A stretch of 64,000 bases of DNA from NCBI GenBank assembly GCA_973895155.1, contig OZ316891.1, forward strand, positions 399,558 through 463,557, written 5' to 3'. The position numbers and the translations under genes are program-made. Shown here in pieces: positions 45,519 to 56,900 of the stretch. The first letter of the stretch is position 1; every line of letters begins with the position of its first letter. The notes below the pieces were generated by a model. The model did no database searches. It was not told the DNA's origin and saw only the letters and a program-made list of their open reading frames with translations. The stretch comes from Marsupella aquatica (taxonomy: Eukaryota > Plantae > Marchantiophyta).

Positions 45519-47307
45519 CAAGAGTTATTCGAATGTTTTAAAGGTTTCAAGTCTAACATGGATGACGTTTATGATGCAGGGAGTGATCTTGTTGTTTTCA
45601 AACCCGCGATTGCACCAACCCACTGCCTGGACGGATTCTTACTAGATGAGAGATCCCCACGCTTTCGATGGGGGCTTGAGTTCTCAAGAACCCCGCTTAA
45701 TAATGAAGTGCCATCAACCACGATTGAACCTATTTTGACCTTAAAGTGCAGAGAAAATGATAGCCTGACTTTTGTTTGCGGACCTGTGGTCTCTGTTGGC
45801 ATTGGAGGGAGAGGGATGAATACGGTCATTCTCGAGATGCACGATAAGTCCTATTGGGTTAAAGTTAACCTTCTGTCAAAGGCATACTCCTCTGAATTCA
45901 ATGTCGAATGGCACGCAAGTGGGGAATTGAGCGTTTTGTCAATGGGATTTTTTCCAAAGACCTATGACACAAAGAAGTTGGTCGCCGGGGTAACTGGTAT
46001 GCTTCCAGTCGACATTATGTATGGGTTTCAATATTTGAAACTCAACATGATGAAGCACCAAGGCAATTTTTCTTTTGCAACTACCTGGACGTTAAGCAAT
46101 TTACTTGAGAAAGCTGGATTGTTATCGTTGGAGTCGGAGGAGCCTGGTGTTTTAATTGATAAGGATGTTGCATTTGCTCCCAAGTTTGATTTAGTCAAAG
46201 CAAAGCAATGGATAGAATCTTTGTCCAAGATGAGAAAGCTTCCAGCGGTGAATACAAACCCTGTGCCCGAGAAAGCGCCAGAGAAAGCTCCAGAACCTAC
46301 AACAGAGACCGCGGGAACTATAGCAGCGACCTCTCAAAGAGCAGTGGGAAGACGAAAACAAAGCCAAAGGAAACCTCCGATTGAGAAGAAACTTCCGGTT
46401 GAGAAGCTGAGTATGAGAAGCCGAGTTGACAAGCCAGTTGACAAGCCAGTTGAGAAGCCGAGTACGAGAAGCCGAGTTGAGAAGCCAGTTGAGAAGAAAC
46501 GTCCGGTTGAGAAGCCGAGTGCAAGTGAAAAGAGACCAAGACAGAAGAAGAAACGGAAAATTGACAGTGCCATCATGGATGACACTACAGAAAACCTGAC
46601 AGTGCATTCACAAGATGTGGACGAGCAGTTGGACGCTCTTGAGGAGAAGAAGGTCTTAGAAGGTAATGAGGTATTGCAACAAATGGAGCAATATTATACG
46701 TTTGGGATCAATTCAATATTTTCTATTCCTGTAGACAGTATTTTCCCTGTGTCGGCAAGACTCTGTTACAGAATGTTGAATGCAGAACATGTAAAGGAGG
46801 TGGCCAATTCCATGATAAGAAATCCGGGGCATGAACCACACATAGCAGACTTGATTCCTTACACTACAAAACATAGAAACCTAATGCAGTATGACAACAC
46901 AGAATCAGATAGGAGGGACTTTGTAGCAGCCGTGAAAAAGGGCGAGGTTCAATTCCTTGCCATTAGCGGTCAACATTCGGCTAGAGCAGCCAGATGGATT
47001 CAAGAATGGGTAAACAAGGATGCCAAGCTGACAGCATTGGCGAAAAAGCTGGAATTTTGAAAGTCAAGAATATTATCTCATCGAACACCATCGTCAATAT
47101 TAGTTGAGCATTCAATGCGATCTAATGCGATCAATAGCACGATGGTGTTTCAGTCATGCTTCAAAGATACAGTCGTTCATGCTAGGCGACAATTTGTGGA
47201 ATGTGGAAAACCTAGCTGGCCAAAACATGGGGACAACAAAACAAACGCTCAAGACAATCAAAAATTTCAGGTACGAAGTGTTACTGCTTGATGGGTACAA
47301 TACCGTA

Positions 47308-47701
47308 GATTCATGCACATTCAGTAGAATATTTCCACTGATATCGCCTAGTTTTGCGTTGGACCGGGATGGTCCCAGTCCAAATGGATTCATGCACATT
47401 CAATAGAATCTTTGTCCACTGATATCGTCTAGTTTTGTGTTGGACTGTGATGGTCCTAGTCCAAATGGATTCATGCACATTCAGTAGAATATTTCCACTG
47501 ATATCGCCTAGTTTTGCGTTGGACTGGGATGGTCCCAGTCCAAATGGATTCATACACATTCAATAAATTATTTTTCCACTGACACTGTCTAGTTTTGTTC
47601 TGGACTGGGATGGTCCCAGTCCAAACTAAATCATGCACGTTCAATAGAATATTTCCACTGATACTGTCTAGTTCTGTGTTGGACTGGGATGGTCTCAGTC
47701 C
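47308..47701. repeat. Intronic tandem repeat, 5 units alternating 79/81 bp, each with a 25-bp palindrome
   Basis: Unit starts 47308, 47387, 47468, 47547 and about 47628; core TTGGACTGGGA-TGG-TCCCAGTCCAA. Confidence 0.92.
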
Positions 47702-50387
47702 GCACCTGAGTGCTATCAAACAATTGAGTTATGGAGAACTAATAGACTTTCCTTTGCAATTGTAGGATTGGTTGGCTCTTGCAAGAATGACCATGGGAAG
47801 GAAAGATTGTCGAAATGTTTACTGGTTACTATTTGCGGACGATGCTCTTTTTGAGTTATGGAGTTTGGTATGCCAGTTGTGGTTGGATGGGAAACTTCCC
47901 GATGGAGCTGGGGTAGAAGGAAATGAGAAGTCTGAAAAAGCAATTACTGTTGCCATGTTTCGTTGTTTTGATGGTGAGTTGATCTCACAACGAGACATCA
48001 CAAGAATACTGACGCGGGTGAAGTCAGGAAAGGTATTGCTAAAGAAAGATGCCTCTAATAAATCAGACATGCCATCTATAGAGGAGTTGGCCAAAGATGT
48101 CAAGATCGTGCGGAAACTGAAGTCCCTTATTGAAGACTTCTATTGCACCAAGGATGCGGTGAATTTCCCGGCAAATACTAATTGGGGGAAAGTAGTGGAG
48201 GTTCTTCCTACGCTAGCAATTGATTCAGAGTTCAGCAGGTGTCGAAGAGCCGCTGGCGAGGTCTATCTTGCCAACCTTTTAAAACCAAATCATACGCGGG
48301 AGAGCGCAATCTTGCCGACGGCATTGGCATTCCGCCTAGATGATATATACTGCCAGAAATTTGGCGGAGGATCACGTTCTCGGACCCTACCATGGGCTAC
48401 ATTTTTTAGCGACAATCTCATGAGGACCATTGATCCAGAGTCATTGCAAGAAGCTCCTCCGACCTGCCCTCTTGCCATTGTTGATTTTAGCCGGCTTCCG
48501 CAAAAACAATGGATTGAAGTAGAGATTCTTGTTCTCTTTGAATACATTGTGGAGCTTCCACAAAATCCCACCATTGTTGTGATGATAACAGTTCATCCTG
48601 GACAACTTGCATTGAATGTCCATGGTGCCCTTCGTAAACTGGGACAAGAGAAAGCTTTGACCATTCATATTGAGTATGGGAGTTATTCTCGAGATGATCA
48701 ACCGCACCCTCATGACTCATGTTGGGGTGGGGGGATTGAAGAAGTTATCTTTGCGGGGATTTCTCGAGATGAAGACGTCAATTGGAATGAAGTTTTCAAG
48801 CCCAACTATCCAAAGCCAAAATTTTTGTATACTTCAAAGGATGTTGATTACGAAGTATGCAAGATCGACAAGGGAAAGGGGAAGGCTAAGGAATCAGATG
48901 AGGGGACACAAAACGACGACCTAAAAGTGGTTTTGGACCCGGAAGAGGCCGTCAAGATTATGAATATGGCCCCTCGATTTGAGACAGTTGGCAGTCGCGG
49001 AGGGTGGGTTAATCCTCATGCCAAACCCACGCGGATGATCCAAAGGATTATTGAATCCTTGTCAGAACCGGGAGATTTGGTTCTAGATTTTTTCTCCGGT
49101 GGCCAAGTCATGAAGACATCATTTTTTTGCGATAGGAATGCTTTGTTTATTGTGACTCTCACTCCGAGAGGCATTTTGTGGAAGCTTTTGCTTCCTACCT
49201 TTGCAAGAGAGTTCCCTCACTTAAAGCTCATTGTGAATCACTTGCTGAAAATTCTCGACAATGGGCTACCACTATTGCGGCTGTAGCTGTCGCTGTTGAA
49301 TCCGATGGTTCTGAGTCTGAAGATGTTGCTGACAAAGTGGCTGAAGGCGTAGAGGCATCAGAGGAGGCATATGTCATGAATTTGGATGACCGTGTTGGTC
49401 AAGGTGAGCCTTACGATGTAGATGATGATATTGGACTTGCACCAAACCGTTCATCTGGTTTAGATGACATCCCTCCGAGGCCCAATGAAGTTCAAGTTGA
49501 TGATAACTTGGACAAGGATGATCCCAATCCAACAACGCCGGGAGGACAGATGGAGCAACTGGAAGGAGCAAGGGTTGATACGTTTGATCATCTTTCTTCA
49601 ACCAATCTGATCAATGAAGGCGCAACGAGGCTCGGAGATTCAAATGAAGCTGAAACTAAAGAATTGACTCGGGGGGAGACCGAGGGGGAGACTAGCGGAT
49701 TGCCTGACATTTCGATCAATCCAAGAGGAAATGCATCAACGGCTGCTGACAACCAGGCAGGTGCTTCAACTTGTCCTGACACACTCTTTTCAGCTTCTGA
49801 TGACAAATTGGTGTTCGTTCGTTCACACTCGGGGAGTCCTATTGTCCTTTTGCTCTCAAAAAAGAAAGGAAATAAAGTTGGATCAACTGGATGGAGGTCA
49901 TTGGAATGTGACGCACGATGTTACGTGTGGAAAAGTGGGCCAAATCGAGGCCAAGAAATATCATTGGATGCTGCTCCTTCAATTCTCAATAAGGAGGAGT
50001 ATAAGAGTGGAGAATTGGGGTTGATAACTCCTATTTGGACTTCACCTTATTGGGTAGAACAAAGTACTTCAGATGTCAATTTTGAAATCCAATAGGAGCT
50101 TGGTGCTGACATGATTATTGATGAATACGGATCTCTTATTTCGGAATGAAATTCAGCCTTTGACTTTGTATTTATTCATATCAATCTAAAATACTTCTTG
50201 GTCTCACAGAATGCGCTCACCAATTAAAGTCTCCATATCCGTCTACACATTGTGAGGCTTCTAAAAACGGTATGTAGGTTAATTTTCTTTTTTGTCAGCC
50301 ATTGTCTTGTATTTTTGGACTGAGACAATCCTAATCCAAAGTTCACTTTTGGTCTTTTCTCTGAGAATGGTGTTTGGTGCACTTGCA

Positions 50388-51424
50388 GAATCGAGACCTG
50401 GTCCCCTCAAGCGGAAGTTGCTGATTTTGGACCTTAATAAAATACTTTGGGATTCTATTGAATTCCAAAGCAAGGGCACATCCAGGAATATTGTCACCTC
50501 AAGTGGAGTGCATTGGGATAGATCAAATGGAACTAGTCGCATGTATACAGAGAGGCCACGGCTCCATGAGTTTCTAAAGTTGGTTTTTGACCGGTTTGAC
50601 GTTGCAATTTGGACATGTGTTGGGATGCCGCGAATAGTGAAAATGTTGAACATGATGTTCACAATTGAGGAGCGGTTGAAACTGAAGTTTGTATTCACAC
50701 AGGTGGAAGCCTTTGACACAGGCATTCAAAGGCGTGACGTTACAAATGGAAAGGCAAATGTGCTATTGAAGGATTTTCGGGTGGTATGGAGTGCATTTGG
50801 AAATCTATATGATGAAACCAACACACTCCTTGTGGATGACTCCCCCTTGAAGGCATTTACCAACCCAGACATGACCGGTCTATTTCCAGTGCCCTACACG
50901 CATGCCAATCGTGGAGACAATTTTCTTCTAACAATTCTTTGGCCATGTCTTGAGAAACTGCACATGCAAGTGACATTCGTTGTTATCTTCTCCTAAACTC
51001 TCCAAAGTGGTCTCTATTGCACATTAAGAGAGACAAGGCAAAAAATGAGATTACTTATGATCAACTTAGTAAGAGATGTGCAGCAAAAATTTGGAAGTCA
51101 CAGTATAGGCATAGTGTGCTGGACCTCAATAGCAATGAGATTCCTTGGGCTGTGAAGCACCGTATATGTAGCTTACGTCCTGAGGTGGAACTTGACGATG
51201 CACTTGTCACCTCACTTGCTAGATCATTTGTAGGACGGGAATATTCAGGTCTGTATAGAGAAAATCCCAAACACTTTTTGCGGGAGATTATAGCAGTTAG
51301 GAACAACACCACCAAATTTCATCTCCCTGAAGATAAAGGGAGTTGCAACCGTGACATTAGGGTAGATAGTAAAGGAGACAAAGGCACATGCGCAAATAAA
51401 TATTGTAAGGAGCACTTTGTTTAG
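50388..51424 (+). pseudogene. FCP1/NIF (HAD-superfamily CTD-phosphatase-like) domain with Cys-rich tail
   Basis: KLLILDLNKIL, ERPRLHEFLKLVFDRFDVAIWT, LLKDF, NTLLVDDSPLKAFTNP; preceded by a splice acceptor; frameshift near 50970. Confidence 0.8.
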
Positions 51425-51694
51425 AGATCTGACTCATGTTAAGCGCATTAGATAGTAAAAATGGGTGCCAGCCCTGGATATTCATTATAAGTTTGGACAC
51501 AATTGTATATAATTATTTTCACACATTATCAATCAATGGTCCTTGCCTGGGCTTCTTTGTGCGGAAATGTTTTTACAAGTATGATCTCTATCCCATGGTT
51601 CTTTGTGAACTAATAAATAATATAATACTATTATAATTAATATAATATATTATTAATACAATATATTAATATAATACTAATAAGATTTGGCCTA

Positions 51695-51814
51695 TAAAGT
51701 GTACATTTAGGTATCAAAAAGTGTACATTTGGACTTCGTAAAGTGTACATTTGGGGACATAAAAGTGTACATTTCAGGACTGATTTGTGAACAAAAGAAA
51801 ATACACTTTACCCC
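51695..51814. repeat. Spaced AAAGTGTACATTT repeats ending in ...ACACTTTACCCC; possible DNA-transposon terminus
   Basis: Four copies at 21-23-bp spacing after an AT-rich tract, abutting a truncated LTR relic. Confidence 0.55.
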
Positions 51815-53037
51815 GGCAATGGCATCGGCTTCAACATCAGCCTCGGCTACGGCCTCATCCTCGGCCACGGCCTCAGCTTTGGCCACGGCCTCCCCGGCTT
51901 GCTCAAGAGGTGGATCTGGGATACCGGCCTCATTACTGAGTAGTTCGGCTTGGGTCGCACCATCCCCACCTTTGGTGGTAGCGGAATCTATTGCCGTGTT
52001 CATGCCGGAGGTTGGTACCAGTTTGAGTACGGCTTGAGGGGTCGAATAACCTCCGGACCCCGAAGGTTTCCGCTTCTTCTTCTTCACTATCTCTATAGCC
52101 GGTTCCTTCCCCTTGCCGCCAACGTCCGGCACCGGGCCGTGTGTCACGGCTGGTCCTTCAGCAATTACCACCCCGGCTAACTGGTTTGCCCCAACGGGAG
52201 ATGGACCTGATGCAGCTAAGCATTTAAATACTGCGGCTTGTTTCTTCAGCCGCTCTGTTTGGTTGTCGGCCCGCCGCTGTAGGTTCTCCATCTTCCTCAT
52301 GATTTCCTCCAACTCCTCTTGGGTCTCATCCTGGTCCTTATGTGCCTCCTCCAGCTCGTGTTTGGCTTCCTCCAATTCCCTCTTGGTGGTAGCCCTCTCC
52401 TCCTGGGTTGCTCTTAGCTCCTTGTTGAGCTCCGCTACGACCTCAGACTCCATGTTATTCATCTTGGCATAAGTCTGGTCGAGCTGAGCGTCCTTCTCCC
52501 GCAGGTCGGCTTGAAGCTGGCCGTCAGGGATGCAAGCTCCTGTTGTAGCGCAATAATCCCTTGATAGGATTTCCCTAACTCGGCCTCCTTCTGCTCAAGG
52601 GCTCTGCGGACGACCTCAAGCTCTTCCTTCAGCGCCCTCTCCCTTCTCTGAGTCTCCGCCGTGACCCGGTTGTTGACTGCTATATGGGCCTCCTCTGCGT
52701 CTCTCAGCTCCTTCTTCCATTTCTCCCTGTCCTTGATTGCGTCGGCCAATTCTTCTTGGGTCTGAGTCAGTTTATCCTTGATAATCTGATTATCAGCCTG
52801 CGCGGTGTCCAACTGCCCCTGCATGATGTTCAGCTCATGCCACTTAATCCGCAGTTCATCTTGGGCTTTCTTGGCCGCCCTTAGATTTTCAATCTCGGCT
52901 TCCATCCTCCTAAGCCGCCGGATGACCTCGTCCTTCTTGCTTCTCTCTAAAGCCACCGCTTCTTCTAACTGGTGCTTCTCCAACTGCTCCCTATGGAAAA
53001 AGGGTCCTACCTCCAACTCCTCCCCAAAGATGCCGAG
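51815..53037 (-). pseudogene. Fragment of another diverged giant-LTR ORF, target of the 53038 insertion
   Basis: Translates to the coiled-coil part of the LTR protein (LGIFGEELEVGPFF...), with a frameshift near 52510. It is cut exactly at the TG of the next LTR. Confidence 0.9.
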
Positions 53038-53968
53038 TGTGGTGCATCCCATGGCTCCCTAAACCCAAGAAACCCCCCAGCTCAAGCCGATTCCCGCAGG
53101 TTTCGTGCTTGGCGAGGCCGTTTCCGCGGCTTAGCGGCATGGGACGCTGCTAACCTTCTACTACTACTATTAACATTTTACACACATATACTGGACAGAT
53201 CCTTCATCGGGTCATGAGATACGTAGCCGGCCTAATATAGGCCTTCCCCTGTCTTCCCCTGTCTTCCCCTGTCTTCCCCTCCGTCTTGTTAGGTATGTTT
53301 GGATTCCGCCGCCGGAATGATCCCCAATAGGCTTGGTTAAGCCGCTAAGACCTCTCTCAGCTCGACACATCCAACTCTCACTCCCCTGCTTACTTTCCTT
53401 CCTTCTGTTGATGTGGGCACTCTTCACACAAGTTAATGCGACACACAAATAGCAAAATGACTCATTCTGACTGAGTCATACCATGCACTTGCCATACAAA
53501 CAGTACATCTCATACACAAGTTCTTCGAACTAAGCCGTGAGGCCAACTCTATTCAGCTCTTAGGCATGAGGAAACATGAATATACACAAGGGTCACTGTA
53601 TGACTAACCGAGAGCTTCTCGTACTACTTGATCCCAGCCCGGCTGGTGCAAACTAAAAACTTGCTAAAGAAGAGGCCCTGAGCTCCCCGCTGCCCAGGTA
53701 CTTATCCTGGTAGTGGATCCGCCATTCTTTGCATCGTAAGCCTAATCTACTTAACAGTAATCTACTTGCCCGAATCTACCTATGTACAGCAAGGCAGGAG
53801 CACAAGTGTTGCTCCTACCAGTGGGACCGCAATCCCACTAAGCTAAGTGTCAGGGCCGCTCCTGGTTCTGATCCTAATCCTAAACGTGGAGATCCGTGCC
53901 CGCCCTGCCCACTCACGCCTCCTCCCTCCACGTCCGCCCTCCCTAAAAGGAACGGCGCCCTTGCACCG

Positions 53969-56900
53969 TCACGACACCGGTGGTGGATCCTCAATGGACG
54001 CCCCCAACACTTCCTCCTCAGCCACTGCCGTTGGCCCGCCTACTGACAGATTACCTGCCCTTGACCGAGTCAACTCTCCATCGGCCTGACTGGGTCCACC
54101 TTCGGCTTCAGCCTCGACAACTCCCACGGCTTCGGCTTCAGCCAACCCCACGGCTTCGGCTTCAGCCAACCCCACGGCTTCGGCTTCAGCCAACCCCACG
54201 GCTTCGGCCTCCCCTTCCCCTAGGGTAGTTGGATCCTTAGCCGTGACCCTGTCTGGGGTCGGTGCTGGGTCTACCTCCTTGATCACCACGGCCTGTGAAG
54301 TCGTATTACTCCTTGACCCTGAAGGTTTCCGCTTCTTCTTCGTTGGTGGCTCGGCAGCTGGTCCCTTCCCCTTCCCACTTACCTCCGGCACTGGTGCAGG
54401 TGGCGCGGCTTGTCCTTCGGCAATTACCACCCCTGGTAACTGGTTTGTCCCAACAGGAGATGGACCTGCTGCAGCTAAGCATTTAAGTACTGCGGCTTGT
54501 TTCTTCAGCCGCTCTGTTTGGTTGTCGGCCCGCCGCTGTAGGTTCTCCATCTTCCTCGTGATTTCCTCCAACTCCTCTTGGGTTTCATCCAGGTCCTTAC
54601 GTGCCCCCTCCAGCTCGTTTTTGGCCTCCTCCTGCTCCCTGTGGGCTTCCTCCAATTCCTTCTTCAAGGTAGCCTTCTCCTCCTGGGTTGCTCTTAGCTC
54701 CTTGTCGAGCTCTGCAATGATGACAGACTCCATCTGGTTCATCTTGGCGTAAGTCTGTTCGAGCATCTCGTCCTTCTCCCTTAGGTCGGCCTTGAAGCTG
54801 GCCGTCAGGGACGCAAGCTCCTGCTGCAGCGCCATAATCCCTTGATAGGATTTCCCTAACTCGACCTCCTTCTGCTCAAGGGCTCCGCGGATTTTCTCGA
54901 GCTCCCCTTTCAACGCCCATTCCTTTCTTTGGGTCTCCGCCATGGCCCGGCTGTTGGCTGTTATGTGGGCCTCCTCTGTATTCTTCAGCTCTTGCTTCCA
55001 CTTTTCCCTTTCTTTGATCGTGTCGGCCAACTCTTCCTGCGTCTGAGTCAGTTTATCCTTGATATTCTGATTATCAGCCTGCGCGGCGTCCAACTGCCCC
55101 TGCATGATGTTCAGCTCATGTCGTTTAATCCGCAGTTCATCTTGGGCTTTCTTGGCCGCCCTTAGATCTTCAATCTCGGCTCCCATCCTCCTAAGCCGCC
55201 GAATGACCTCGTCCTTCTTGCTTCTCTCTAAAGCCACCGCTTCTTCTAATTGGTGCTTCTCCAACTGCTCCCTATGGAAAAAGGGTCCTACCTCCAACTC
55301 CTCTCCAAAGATGCCGAGCGCAAGTTCCCCACACATCTCACCATACTCCATGGCTCTATTCTTAGCGTAGGTGGAGTAAGTAGAAGTGATCGGCATCGCC
55401 CATCGTGGCCTCTGCTCCCAAGCCGTCCTGCGGATCTCTTCAATCGTGGCTAGAGGTTTGCTTCCTTTTTCGGCTAGCCGCCTGATGTCCTCCGGCCAAT
55501 CTCCTCCTGGTAAATCCTTTTCCTTAGCCAGGGCGGCCTCTTCCTCCTGCTTGATTCGCTCCTGAAATTCCTGCACCGTCTGTTTTATGCCGTCGAAGCT
55601 CGGGGGAGCAACATCTGGTGGGGGAGACTCAGGGCTACTCTGCTGGTTGGGGTCCCCTCGCACTACCCTTGGAAGTGTGGGGACAAACCGGCCACAGGTC
55701 CTTACTCCTGGAACGTGATGGTCCGACCCATAGCCGGAATTATCATGGCTGCAGTCCTCCACTGCCTCCTCTACCTCTTGGATTTCCGGCTTCTCCCTCT
55801 CCTCTTCCTCGGTAGGAGCTTCAGGCAATTCTGCCTCAGATTCGGAGCTTGAGGTTCCCACGTACATTCGAACACCTGGCTTGGATTCCGGCCTGATTCT
55901 CTCCTTGTCTCCAGCAAAGGGGTTTTCTCTTGTGAGCCGGTGTAGGCCTACCTCTGTAGTAGTGTCCTGCATTGTTGCCGTTGCCGTTGTTGTTGCCGAT
56001 GCCGATTTCTTTTCTTTCTCCAGTAGTTTCAGCAGACTCTGCATGCCTGGTTGCTGCATCGGCAAGTCTTCCTTCCTGGGCCTAAACACCTGCTCGATCG
56101 TAGGACTAACAGGTGGTTGAGGCTTCTCAGCCAACGGCCTCGGTGTTGGAGCTTCCTCGGGTGCCCTTACCTGCAGGGGAAGTACCGGGGCAAAAGTCTG
56201 ACCTCTGGCATACCGGCACAATAGCGGCATGTGATAGCCAAGCCGCGACACGCTCCCCATGCCGATTACCTGCTGCTCCTCCTTTAAGATCTTCTTCAAT
56301 TGGTTGAGGAGGTACCCGTTGTAGTCCCGGCTTGGGTCTGGCCTTTCTGCCAGATAGACCTGTGCCTTGCCGATCTCTGCCCTCGGCAAGTTACAATGCA
56401 TGGTCACCCGCAAGAAGTCGATCATCTCTCCTATGTGCGGGTTGGTGCAGGTGTTCCGGAAGAAGCCATTCTTCGTTGATGGCCCGGGGAACGACCGGAA
56501 CTCCTTGTCAGGCAAGGTCTTCCTGGTATCAACTTTGGTCTTATTGCCCATCGGCAAGCCAAACACTTCGGCAATTACCTTGGGAGTAAGATAGAAATCC
56601 TTCCCATATATCCTCGTGCAATTGGTCTCGGGTTCCCATGACCCCACGAATTCTAATAGGTCTGACTCCGGTACCTCCGGCTTCAGCCATGGTAATCTTA
56701 CAAAGGCCTCCAAGCCGGATCCGGCCATGAAGCCTTGGTACTTCTTGGTCTGCATGGCCGTAAAGCATGCATCCTCCTCCCGTGCAAAATGTAGTTGCAC
56801 CTCCACCGGTAGGGTTGCCGCCCAGCCCTTCCAGGTGTCATCCCTGGTTGGAATGGCCTTGATGGGATCGACCTCCTCCTCTTCGGCTTCTCCCTGCCTC

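Larger units (their letters stand above)
45151..50095 (+). pseudogene. Spliced ParB-like + N4/N6-methyltransferase-like gene (gene B)
   Basis: Model: exons 45151-45277, 45580-47270, 47766-50095 with phase-compatible GT-AG introns. ParB-type FLAISGQH at about 46953-46976; MTase-like NPHAKPTRMIQRIIESLSEPGDLVLDFFSGG. One TGA (47058) and a 1-bp frameshift (about 49136). Confidence 0.72.

Noticed and set aside
45339-45579. N-terminal (LDSDDPNPK)n peptide repeat of the 573-aa ORF
   Set aside because: The ORF starts at TTG. A phase-compatible GTAAGT donor (45278), CTAAC branch site and CAG acceptor (45579) suggest this stretch is intronic.
47308-47701. CRISPR-like look (palindromic repeats with regular spacing)
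   Set aside because: The inter-palindrome sequences are themselves repeated (no unique spacers), there are no cas genes, and the context is a eukaryotic intron.
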